Origin: Octopus vulgaris
Lineage: Eukaryota
NCBI GenBank assembly: GCA_951406725.2
Contig: OX597830.1
Coordinates: 35,092,001 to 35,156,000, forward strand
Length of the DNA stretch: 64,000 bases
Direction: 5' to 3'
The notes beneath the pieces are model-generated. The model was given only the letters and a program-made list of their open reading frames with translations. It was not told the origin of the DNA and did not search any database. Of the stretch, positions 53,370 through 64,000 are shown one piece after another. A program made the translations under genes and the position numbers. Position 1 is the stretch's first letter; the number at the start of each line of letters is the position of its first letter.

Positions 53370-53536
53370 TAGGCGCAGGAGTGGCTGGGTGGTAAGTAGC
53401 TTGCTAACCAACCACATGGTTCCGGATTCAGTCCCACTGCGTGGCATCTTGGGCAAGTGTCTTCTGCTTTTGCCCCGGACCGACCAATGCCTTGTGAGTG
53501 GATTTGGTAGACGGAAACTGAAAGAAGCCTGTCGTA

Positions 53537-53583
<47 letters not shown>

Positions 53584-53800
53584 TTATGTGTCTGTGTTTG
53601 TCCCCCCCCCAACATTGCTTGACAACCAATGGTGGTGTGTTTACGTCCCCGTTACTTAGCGGTTCGGCAAAAGAGACCAATAGAATAAGTACTGGGCTTA
53701 CAAAGAATAAGTCCCGGGGTCGATTTGCTCGACTAAAGGCGGTGCTCCAGCATGACCACAGTCAAATGACTGAAACAAGTAAAAGAGTAAAGAGAGTAAG
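53370..53800 (+). mobile_element. SINE family B, full length (tRNA head, CORE-like segment, internal TA/TG repeat, AAAGAGT tail)
   Basis: GGCGCAGGAGTGGCTG.GTGGTAAG, CTTGGGCAAGTG, 3' end GACTGAAACAAGTAAAAGAGT. Resembles described octopus CORE-type SINEs (recalled, not verified). Confidence 0.93.
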
Positions 53801-54584
53801 GATTTGGGTTGTTATTTCTTGCAAAATTTAACGACTGTATCGGGTTGTCTCGTGATATTTTTTGTCCCTGCTCATGATGCTTTGATGCGGAGAAGACCGT
53901 TTCAGGGATCAAATGATGGTCGATATTCTGGAATCGGTGGTGATTCTTTGTTTGCTTCGATTGAGCGGTGGGAGCAGGAGGGAATGGGAGACTTTTGTTA
54001 TTCATAGCCTTAGTCATTTCATAGCAGCCGATCCACTTTTTTCTCCGTTTGCTTGTTTAGCCGTGTGCAATTGGGTTTATCTGTCTGGTGATGATAGTTA
54101 TCGTGGTGGCAGTGGTGGTGGGATTGGTGGTGGAGGTGGTGGTGGAGGTGGTGGCGGTTGTGATAGTGGTGGTGGGAGTGGTGGTAGTGGTGGTGGTGGT
54201 CGCCGTCGTCGTCGTCGTCGCTGTGGTCGTGTAGTCGATGGTGGCTGCTGAGGTGGTGTGATTGAACTGCTGAACAGTTGGAACAATCATATAGACTTTG
54301 TGGATGCTGGATGATTTTGAATCAAATATTTGCAACTGAGATTGTGATAGATTTCATCGCCCTCATTAGCACACAATTATTGCTGTGTGCTCTTTAACGT
54401 TGCAAAATCTCACATAAGCCTCAACCAAGCATACTTTTAATCAAAGGTATTCCAGCTGAAACCATCCCAATTGTAATTCTTCTTTAGACATAGTTTATCC
54501 TGATGTACAATATTCGAAACTGCGTTTTGAGTGTTTAATTGGCTCTTATTTATAGCAATAAATATAAATATAAGGGGTTTTCTT

Positions 54585-56045
54585 TGTTGGTTGATTGGTT
54601 GGTTGGCTGGCTGGTTGTTTGGCTGGTTGTCTGGTTGGTTGGCTGGCTGGTTGTTTGGCTGGTTGTCTGGTTGACTGGCTGGCTGGTTGGTTGGTTGGTT
54701 GGTTGGTTGATTGGCTGGTTGGTTGGTTGGTTGGTTGGTTGGTTGATTGGCTGGTTGGTTGGTTGGTTGGTTGGTTGGTTGGTTGGTTGGTTGGTTGGTT
54801 GGTTGGGTTGGTTGACTGGTTGACTGGCTAGTTGGTTGGTTGGCTGGCTGGTTGTATGGTTGGTTGGGTGTTTGGTTGGTTGGTTGGTTGGTTGACTGGT
54901 TGGTTGTTTGGTTGGTTGGTTGGTTGGCTGGTTGGTTGGTTGGTTGGTTGGTTGGGTTGGTTGGTTGGTTGGTTGGTTGGTTGGTTGGTTGGTTGGTTGG
55001 TTGGTTGACTGGTTGACTGGCTAGTTGGTTGGTTGGTTGGTTGGCTGGCTGGTTGGCTGGTTGGTTGGTTGGTTGGTTGGTTGGTTGGTTGGTTGACTGG
55101 TTGACTGGCTAGTTGGTTGGTTGGTTGGCTGGCTGTTTGGCTGGTTGGTTGGTTGGTTGGTTGGTTGGTTGGTTGGTTGGTTGACTGGCTGGTTGGTTGG
55201 TTGGTTGGTTGACTGGTTGGTTGGTTAGTTGGTTGGTTGGTTGGTTGACTGGTTAGTTGGTTGGTTGGTTGGCTGGCTGGTTGGTTGGCTGGTTGTTTGT
55301 TTGTTGGTTGGTTGGTTGGTTGGTTGGTTGGTTGGCTGATTGGTTGACTGGTTGACTGACTAGTTGGTTGGTTGGTTGACTGGTTGACTGGCTAGTTGGT
55401 TGGTTGGCTGGCTGGTTGGCTGGTTGGTTAGTTGGTTGCTTGGCTGGCTGGTTGGTTGGTTGGTTGACTGGTTGGCTGGTTGGTTGGTTGGTTGGTTGGT
55501 TGGATGGTTGGTCGGCTGGTTGGTTGGTTGGTTGGGTGGTTGGTTGGCTGGCTGGTTGGTTGGTTGGTTGGTTGGATGGTTGGTCGGCTGGTTGGTTGGT
55601 TGGTTGGGTGGTTGGTTGGCTGGCTTGGTTGGTTGGTTGGTTGGTTGGTTGGTTGGTTGACTGGTTGACTGGCTAGTTGGTTGGTTGGCTGGCTGGTTGG
55701 TTAGTTGGTTGGTTGGCTGGCTGGTTGGTTGGTTGGTTGCTTGGTTGGTTGGTTGGTTGGTTGGTTGGTTGGTTGGCTGGTTGGTTGGTTGGCTGGTTGG
55801 TTGGCTGGTTGGTTGGTTGGTTGGTTGGTTGGCTGGTTGGTTGGCTGGCTGGTTGGTTGGTTGGTTGGTTGGTTGGCTGGTTGACTGGTTGGTTGGCTGG
55901 TTGGTTGGTTGGTTGTTTTTTGTTGGTTGGTTGGATGTTTGGTCGGATGGTTGCTTGGTTGGCTGGTTGGCTGGTTGGCTGGTTGGCTGGTTGGCTGGTT
56001 GGCTGGTCAGGTGATTTCTTGATTGGTTGGATGGGTGGTTAGATG
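54585..56045. repeat. (GGTT)n array of about 1.45 kb with GGCT, GACT and AGTT variants
   Basis: Direct observation. It explains the LVGW-repeat ORFs. Confidence 0.97.
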
Positions 56046-57519
56046 TTGGTTTACATCATTGGTTAAGATAGTGAATTGGGCTTTACAAGTATACCAATGC
56101 TGATGATAGTGTTGATGTGGTAATATTGATTTCTAATAGTGTCAGGTTACCCCTCACGTTCAGATTTTTAGAGGATGTTACTTGATAGGTATTTAAGTAT
56201 TTGACTGGTACTTAATTTCATTGACCTTAGAATTATGAAAAGCTTATCTCTGCGGGATTTGAACTCAGTAATGTAAAAGTTCCTGCGAATATGGAGGACA
56301 TTGATAGTTTCAGTTTTGATAATTGTGTTTTACAGTTCATTTGTAATGTCGATGGGGTTTTCTTACAGTTTCATATCATGTTATCTCAAGATGAGCATAC
56401 CTTTGATGAAGACATTTCTAAGATGACCTTAAGATTTTATCAATTTCGTAATGAGATGTGTGTGTGAGTTTTAATAGAAAGCATGGTGTTACTAGGCAGA
56501 GCTTTGGCTGTTGATTCTAACATTACAAGTGTCCTTGTAAGTGCAGTGTCATTATTCGCCGTATCATTGAAACACTTGTTTGGCTGTTGTTGAAAAATTA
56601 TTTTAAGAAAGGTTTGCAACTATATTGTTATCGTTCTCTTCTACTTTCTTTACGTATATTTCAATTATCATTGCTTTCTTCTCATCACCATTATCATCCA
56701 ACTTCGTCCAACGAAGGTAATACTATTTACCTGATACACATAAAAGGATAGAAAAGAAATCAAATAAGAACAAAATTTCGAAGACACTATACATTGGTAC
56801 CGTAAGAAATATATATTGGTGAGACCCTTACATCCGTAGTAATCGTTGTTTAGAAATGTTTGTATGCCATGGGGTCAGAAGAACCTTGACGTTTTGAGTA
56901 CAACTCATTGTCTATTTGTCACTCGCAATAATTTAACAGTTTGCTCTTTTACTGGTTTCTACATTTCGACTATATCACCGGTTGATTACCATCATTTTAA
57001 TTGATATCAATTGAATGCGTCACTTTCATTACTGTATCTTCCTTCATTGGCTCAAACTATTGTTTGATATAATGCCTAAGTGTAGTTAAGACATGTTATA
57101 GCTATGATTATAACACAAATAAACGTAGAGATCAGGAGTTGTTGTAGATTAGCAGCAGAACGGTCTTGATGGAGCTGACGTGTAATTAAATAAATTTCAG
57201 CTCTGACCATCTCATCATTTTCAAATTATATAGGATTGTATTATCCTATGTGTCATTTACTGATTTAAAACTATAAGGTGTGATTTTTGAAGGGTATTTG
57301 ACTGCTATTTCTTGTGATTCGAGTAAATAGTTATGGGTTCCCTTGTTAACTGAAAGAAATCTGTGTAAGAAAGTGATTATTGAGGCATTAATGCCAGAAT
57401 GCAATGACTATATTTTTGTGTGCGTGTGTGTACATGAGTGGCTATTAGAGTGTGAGTGTGTGTGTGTATGTGTGTATGTGCGTGTACGTGTGTGTACGTA
57501 TCTGAGTGACTAAAAGAAG

Positions 57520-57860
57520 GGTAAAGACACACCCCTCGGTCATGAATGACGATGGGGTTGCAAGTAGTAAGTTCCACTCCGAAGAACTCCAGGAGAAGCT
57601 GTTTATAAAAGACCAGCAGTCAGCCATACATACCAGCCCTCCCCTCTCCACGCCACCGATGTTATCCAAGGGAAATACAAAGGCCGATACAGCTTGGCAC
57701 CAATAACGTCGCAACTCATTTCTACAGTCAAGTGAACTGGAGCAACGTGAAATAAAGTGTCTTGCTCAAGAACACAACACACAGCCCGGTGTGGAAATCG
57801 AACTCACTACCTCATGATTGTGAGCCCGACGCTCTAACCACCGAGCCATGCGCCTTCACA
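57520..57860 (-). mobile_element. tRNA-derived CORE-type SINE family D
   Basis: Minus strand GAAGGCGCATGGCTCGGTGGTTAGAGCG...GAGTTCGATT, CORE-like TTCTTGAGCAAGACACTTTATTTCACGTTGCTC, and a distinct 3' part. Confidence 0.85.
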
Positions 57861-58902
57861 TCTTTGTGACTATGCATGTGTATATACAAGACTGGTATAT
57901 GTGCAAGTAAATGCCTGAGTGACTGCATTGGAATGGTATGACCTCTTCAATTCACTCATCCAAGATAAGCCAATGAGAGAGCATCTGATTAGTTTCTTAA
58001 CTTGCAAGAAATATCAGCCCATTCGTCCTCAAATGAAACTAATCCATATTTACAAAATGGAAGACTAGCATGTTGTACCATGTAATTCTCGGAACTAGAA
58101 ACTAAAAATCAGGAGTATTTTAGTTGAAATATCTACTTGAAAATAAATATGTTCGATCAGGGCTGATATGAAATTTAATAAGAAGCGCATCAACTTTTAA
58201 GGGTTTTTCTGACATAATTAGTTGAGATATCGCAACAACTGGGCCGCTATTCCCTTTTAGGAATGGCATCGAATATTACAATGCATCTCGCTTTTGCTAA
58301 TCGTTTCTGATGCCATTTCGATGTTAATTAGCCTCACGTCAGTCTTGATTGAGGAAGTCTGTAATAAAAGTTAATCTGAGCATGACCAGCCTATATCTTT
58401 CTATGTTGGGTGGTTTCATTTTCTAACGTATCCTTCTATTTTTAAAACTGCAGCGTTTAATTTGAGAGCGATTTGGTTATTATTTCAATGAGGTTGTTAC
58501 GACTTCATAGTGTATTTGACATTGACGCCTGATTAACGTTTTTATTGTTTGTTACAAAGTGCTATATCTTCATTGATAGAGCAGACAGTAGCACGATGAA
58601 AATAGTCCTAATCATCTTGACATTTTATTCACATAAAATATATTTAAGACTGTACTACGCGTTGCTCCATTTTTTTAAACTGTGCGATGTCACTTGGACG
58701 GGTAATGTTATATATTATATATTAGGCTGGTATTTCTAGCACGTTGTCCAAACATGTAGAAATTTTGTCCATCTAATTAATAAATATATTTGCGTGTGTG
58801 GATATGTGTATGAGTTTGTGGATATGTGTATGAGTGTGTGTGTGTGTGTATGTTTGGGGTATGTGTATGTGGTGTCTGTGGACTGGGTGTTGCGAGTTTC
58901 GG

Positions 58903-59580
58903 CTTATTGGATTCTGTTAGAGAAGAATGAATGGTGTCATTTCATTCAATTATTAAATGCCTAGATATTGGTATTTAATTGGTACTTCTGCTGTTTGGCT
59001 GACTAGATTGTTAGTGTGTGTACAGTAGCCATTGTTATTTATTATATTTAGGTTTTAGCTAAATTCGAGCCGCATCAGACTTCCGTTTAGCAACATTGTA
59101 AGAGATTTGTAGGTAACTGAACAAATCCTGGAATATTACTGTTACATGTTCTATTGAAATCAAGTGACGAAAACTAAAGAGAAGAAACGCGATTCCGGCG
59201 GCATTTAAATTTAGAATAAAAGTAAAGTGAAACCTAATTACTTGTAAATCATATTCTCTTCTCTGACATTCTAATAGCACGACAGATTCTAAAGCTATGC
59301 ATGCCAATAATGGTAATACAATTATTATTATCTACTTAGGTACGAATCCAGTGATTTAAATAGCAATAATGCAAGAATCCTCAATGAAAATCTTGGTAAA
59401 AGGAAAACTGATGCGCTACGAAATCAACTAAATCTAAATATAATAAAAATGGCACCTATACACACACTAATAATCTAGTCAGACAAACAGCAGCAGAAGT
59501 ACCAATTAAATATCAATATCGAGGCATTTAATGAGTGAGTGAAACAACGCTATTTATTCTTCACTAACATAATCCACTAA
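58903..59580. mobile_element. MITE/foldback-like element with ~150-bp imperfect terminal inverted repeats and a ~370-bp core
   Basis: ATTTAATTGGTACTTCTGCTG...CTGACTAGATT at 58972-59008 is inverted at 59472-59511, and the similarity extends on both sides. Confidence 0.75.
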
Positions 59581-59671
59581 ACAGGAGACATTAACAGATA
59601 CACGTATATATCACACATAATCAAATATTCAGCTAGATTCATTTATACATATACTTATAAATATATATAGT

Positions 59672-59729
<58 letters not shown>

Positions 59730-59738
59730 GATATATAT

Positions 59739-59829
<91 letters not shown>

Positions 59830-60244
59830 TGTAGGGGTATGTTTACGTATCTATGTAAATCAATAATGATGACGTTTATACGATGAATAATGGAAATATT
59901 AAAACGTCAACAGAGCTAAATGTTCCGCAATAATCTGGATGTCAAACCGGCAATAGAAATCGCACTAAAGCTCAAGCATGGAAACATCAACATTAAAGTG
60001 GTCACTAAACACTAATAATCGAGACAGCTATATCAGCATGTTAAATCAAAGCAATGGACCAATAAAGCTGGTACGTATTCCTTCAACTGTAGCAGGAGTA
60101 GTATGCTCAACAATAATCATTGGTTAGACAAGCAGTAAGCAAAAATGTGTAATATTTGCTTTTGGATTAGGATTTAACTGAAGCAAAAAAAAAAAAAAGG
60201 AAGAAAGGAAGAAAGGGAACAGAAACATGCAGCAGCACAGTCTT

Positions 60245-60350
60245 CTAGGAGTGGCTGTGTGGTAAGTAGCTTGTTTGTCAACTATATAGATCCGGGTTCA
60301 GTCACACTGCGTGTCACCTTGGGCATGTGTCTTTCACTATAGTTTCAGGC

Positions 60351-60352
<2 letters not shown>
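60245..60352 (+). mobile_element. SINE family B, 5' fragment
   Basis: AGGAGTGGCTGTGTGGTAAGTAGCTTG...CACCTTGGGCA. Confidence 0.82.
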
Positions 60353-60393
<41 letters not shown>

Positions 60394-60397
<4 letters not shown>

Positions 60398-60691
60398 GAA
60401 TGAAAGAATGGAGTCGAACGACGATTTAACAAAATTCCTTTATTCTCGACACATGTTTCGAAGCCTGCATATTCTCAATTCCGAAGGAATAAAGGGTGCA
60501 TTATGCCGCCTTCTCATCAGGAAAGACAAGGAACTTTCATTTATTTAAAGTAAAAAAAACACAAATTTCCACACGAAAGCACGTGATCTCTGCCCTTGGC
60601 ATGTAGCTTCAACCGTGTTTTCTGACGTGAATTTGCTACCCGGGTATCGGTTAACCGAATTATCCATACTAGGATAATTCATTCAACTACT

Positions 60692-60695
<4 letters not shown>
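60394..60695 (-). mobile_element. Non-coding PLE-like cassette in (TA)n
   Basis: (TA)n on both sides and a hammerhead at 60444-60524. Confidence 0.7.
60444..60524 (-). ncRNA. Type I hammerhead ribozyme with extended stem II
   Basis: Minus strand UUUC-CUGAUGA-GAAG...CUUC-GAAA-CAUGUG-UC-GAGA. Canonical core, G10.1-C11.1 pair, GUC triplet, palindrome ACAUGU, and an internal UUCG-capped hairpin in stem II. Confidence 0.8.
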
Positions 60696-60761
<66 letters not shown>

Positions 60762-60870
60762 GTACCGGAGTAAACACATAAATGTGAAACAAGGTGGCAA
60801 AAAAGAGTACTTAAAATACCAGAGGTAGTGTAATATGTTTTATTTAAAAGCAGCAGAAATTTAACAAAAG

Positions 60871-60908
60871 CTGTTACTCGGAGTTTCACGCTACCGCTCA
60901 TCGGAGAG
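60871..60908 (-). ncRNA. Hammerhead motif, CCGAUGA core variant, stem I with one mismatch
   Basis: CUCU-CCGAUGA-GCG-GUAG-CGU-GAAA-CUCCGAG-UA-ACAG. Confidence 0.6.
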
Positions 60909-60956
60909 TTTTCTATGCTAGTTTTGATCGAATTGTCATCTCGGTTCTATTTTAAC

Positions 60957-61002
60957 AAAGCTGTCCGACGAACGGGAACGTGAAACTCCGAGTAACAGCT
61001 TT
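60957..61002 (+). ncRNA. Type I hammerhead ribozyme, CCGACGA core variant
   Basis: AAAGCUGU-CCGACGA-ACG-GGAA-CGU-GAAA-CUCCGAG-UA-ACAGCUUU. 8-bp stem I, 3-bp stem II with a GNRA loop, GUA triplet. Confidence 0.75.
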
Positions 61003-61042
61003 TGTTAAATTTCTGCTGCTTTTAAACAAAGTATATATATAC

Positions 61043-61110
<68 letters not shown>

Positions 61111-61155
61111 GTACATGTATATATGCATGTATGTATGTATGTATGTATGTATATG

Positions 61156-61430
61156 TGAAGGCGCATAGCTCAGTGGTCAGAGCGTCGAGCTTACGATCGT
61201 GAGGTTGTGAGTTCGATTCCCAAACCTGTTTCTTCCTGTTTCTACTGTACCTGTATTTCAAAAAGCCAGACTTGTTACACTATGTACCATGCTAAATCTC
61301 CTCGAGAACTGCGTTAAGTGTACACGTGTCTGTGGAGTGCTCAGCCACTTGAACGTTAATTTCACGAGCGGGCTGTTCCTGTGATCGGATCAACTGGAAC
61401 CTTAGTCGTCGAAACCGACGAAGGGACGCG
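61156..61430 (+). mobile_element. SINE with D-type tRNA head and C-type 3' part
   Basis: GAAGGCGCATAGCTCAGTGGTCAGAGCG...GAGTTCGATTCC followed by CTTCCTGTTTCT...GTTAATTTCACGAGCGGGCTGTTCC. Confidence 0.8.
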
Positions 61431-62419
61431 ATTTGAAAAAATAAAACGTACCTGGCTGTGTGGTAAGAATCACATTGTACCGGATTCTTCAATGCAGTGC
61501 CCCAGCATGGTCGCAGTCTAATAATTGATGCAAGTAAATTAAATTGCTGCGTAAAACATTTGTTCTCTTGAATTTTGATAATGAAGTTTTTTTTTCATAA
61601 ATGGCAAAAACAACACATAATAAACAAAATCATAAAATTATTATCAACAACATATAAAAGATATCGTAAAAGATTGTAAAATATTTTTCAAAATATGCCT
61701 GATATACTTCATTTCATGTTAACAGGATCTCTGAATCGACCTGTAAAACTATAATTAGAGGATATCAGGAAGCCTGCAAACAATCCAAAATATTCATCTT
61801 CGTTTTGCCTGCTATTTCTAGCAGGTCAGAAGACCATGTATACGTTTTTGTTTGGAACGAACACTTTGATCTCAACTCTGAATTGTATTGAAAATGACAA
61901 AAGAAAGTTTGCTTTGTTTAAAATGGATTTCATTAAATTTGCGACAAATTCAAACTATAGATAACAGTGGAAGCGTCTACGCCCGATATTTTCTTCATTT
62001 CTTTGTCTGTCTATATTATGCATTTGTCTGTTCTTCAATATTTCTTGTAGCATATATGTAATTTTGCTTGATTCCATTTTTTTTCTGTGAAAAAAAAGGC
62101 TTCCAGTAATCTCGATCGTTCTCCATTTTAAGAGAATTAAACAGTTTCACCAATAACTCTTCTCGTTGTTCAGCATAACCGCTATAGAGTGAGAGAGATG
62201 TAGTGAGAGAAAGAGAGATAGAGAAAGAAAGATAAAGCTTTACCGGTAGTGAGTATTTTATATATTGCCCCTGACCGAATGAAAAATAAGATATACTTCA
62301 GCGGGCTTTCAAGTGTACAGAGTCAGATCAAATGGCCATGAGGAAATTCCACTCCAATTCCCAACGACTCTACCAAATTTCCGCTTGTGCTGTCGATGTT
62401 TTAATATAAAGGTCTCGAA

Positions 62420-62790
62420 TGGCGGAAACGTTACCACACTGGTATTTCGTCTGCCACTACGTTCTGAGCTCAAATTCCGCCGAGGTCGACTTTGATTTTC
62501 ATCTTTTCGGAGTCGATTAAATAAGTACCAGTTTATGCACTGGGATTGACATAATCGACTTAATCCGTTTGTCTGTCCTTGTTTGTCCTCTCTGTGTTTA
62601 GCCCCTTGTGGGTAGTGAAGAAATAGGTATTTCGTCTGCCGTTACGTTCTGACTTCAAATTCCGCCGAAGTCGACTTTGCCTCTCATTCTTTTGGGGTCG
62701 ATAAATTAAATACCAGTTGCTTGCTCGGATCGATCAAATCGAATATCCCCCTCCCCCAAAATTTCGGGCCTTGTGCCTAGAGTAGAAAGG
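62420..62790 (+). mobile_element. SINE family A, two body units
   Basis: Two bodies and tail TTTCGGGCCTTGTGCCTAGAGTAGAAAG. Confidence 0.9.
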
Positions 62791-63494
62791 AAGGTGTCAG
62801 TTTGTATACTGCGTTGAAATCCAAGTTGTGCAGAGGAGAATATAAATGGTATAATGATTTCTTTTACATTTCCTATCGTATATCGTGCAGTTGCTATATC
62901 TGCGCATAATAACGTAATAGAGAGCAATTTGCCTAACACATGTTTGGACATGACACCGATTAACGGAGCCATACTTTCGGTAATTTTATCACTGTCCTTA
63001 TTATGTTATCCCTGATGATTATTAACTAATGAATAATCGATAATTAATTTATCCTAGACATCTAAATAATTTATAATTTATAGCATTCCAATTAAGATAA
63101 TCACTTATCAAAAACAAGCAAATTAACGATTGATTATAAAATGGAAATAAACAAAAACGGAGACTAATTCTCGAGGCCAAAAATAACGCATGAAAATTAC
63201 TTAAAAACAATCATAAAAAGTAACATAACGCTAATAACAATAACAACAGCAACAGCAACAACAGCATACTGCTTATTATTAGTATAAACTAACAACCTGT
63301 ATTTCCCTTAGCACAGGTAAATCATTTTACTCAGGTTTTCGTTAATTAAATTAGTGTGTCATTCGAATGGTAACATGTGTGCGATGACATTAACGCTTGT
63401 TGATGAGGAAGAGAGAACAGTTTTCATCCATAACTCAAACTTTTAATGAATACAATTGGATGTAGAGTAAGGGAAGGGAGGACAACGCGATGGC

Positions 63495-64000
63495 ATGGGT
63501 GGTGATGGTTGTGATGGTATTGATGGTAGTGGTGTAGATAGTGGTGGTGTCGATGGTGGTGGTAGTAGTCGTGGTGGTGTCGATTATATCGCACGCCGGG
63601 CGAAATGCGTAGCCGTATTTCGTCTGCTGTTACGTTCTGAGTTCAAATTCCGCCGAGGTTGACTTTGCCTTTCATCCTTTCGGGGTCGATTAAATAAGTA
63701 CCAGTTACGCACTGGGGTCGATATAATCGACTTAATCCGTTTGTCCTTGTTTGTCCTCTCTGTGTTTAGCCCCTTGTGGGTAGTAAAGAAATAGGTAGTA
63801 GTCGTGGTGGTGGTGTCGATGGTGTTGGTGCTGAAGGTGGTGGTAATGGTGTTGATGGTGGTGGGGGTGTCGATGGTGGTGGTGGTGGTGGTGGTATTGA
63901 TGGTGGTGGTGGTGTCGATGGTGTTGGTGCTGAAGGTGGTGGTGATGGTGTTGATGGTGGTGGGGGTGTCGATGGTGTTGGTGTCGATTGTGGTGTTGGT
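63495..64000. repeat. (GGT)n-derived degenerate repeat with a longer internal duplication
   Basis: GTGTCGATGGTGTTGGTGCTGAAGGTGGTGGT...GGGGGTGTCGAT occurs at ~63813 and ~63912. Confidence 0.85.
63591..63797 (+). mobile_element. SINE family A single unit, truncated at both ends, with apparent target-site duplication
   Basis: GGTAGTAGTCGTGGTGGTG(GTG)TCGAT occurs at 63561-63584 and 63794-63820. Confidence 0.88.

Larger units (their letters stand above)
60762..61030. mobile_element. PLE-like cassette in (TA)n with inverted pLTR copies
   Basis: 60843-60904 is inverted at 60965-61026. Same family as 23683-23836. Confidence 0.82.

Noticed and set aside
54539-56042. LVGW-repeat membrane-protein-like ORFs, or a telomeric array
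   Set aside because: These are translations of (GGTT)n, open in several frames. The motif is not TTAGGG and the array is interstitial.
57800-57820. let-7-like TGAGGTAGT on the minus strand
   Set aside because: It lies within the tRNA head of a SINE, the match ends after 9 nt, and there is no precursor hairpin.
61156-61225. tRNA gene
   Set aside because: No complete acceptor stem, and it continues into a SINE body. The same applies to the heads at 22640-22711, 48892-48960 and 57790-57860.

Overview
This is AT-rich eukaryotic intergenic or intronic DNA with no credible host protein-coding exon. Nearly all of the supplied ORFs are translations of microsatellites. The dense (TA)n/(AAT)n/(GATA)n tracts and several tRNA-derived SINE families point to a coleoid cephalopod, most likely Octopus (inference). 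The window holds about 35 SINE copies or fragments from about 5 families, plus decayed fragments of mariner, R4/Dong-type RLE LINE, Tx1/L1, RTE and Penelope-like (PLE) elements. It also contains three long foldback inverted repeats, a 38-bp minisatellite with 3-mer higher-order structure and a ~1.45-kb (GGTT)n array. The most interesting signal is a set of at least 6-7 minimal type I hammerhead ribozyme motifs (CUGANGA...GAAA, short palindromic stem III). They lie in short non-coding cassettes that are mostly next to (TA)n tracts. They include a tRNA-headed SINE with a hammerhead in its tail and a 10-bp target-site duplication, a recurrent CCGA core variant, and foldback copies whose inversion point falls in the ribozyme. 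All calls were made by eye, boundaries are approximate, and no database search or folding program was run.
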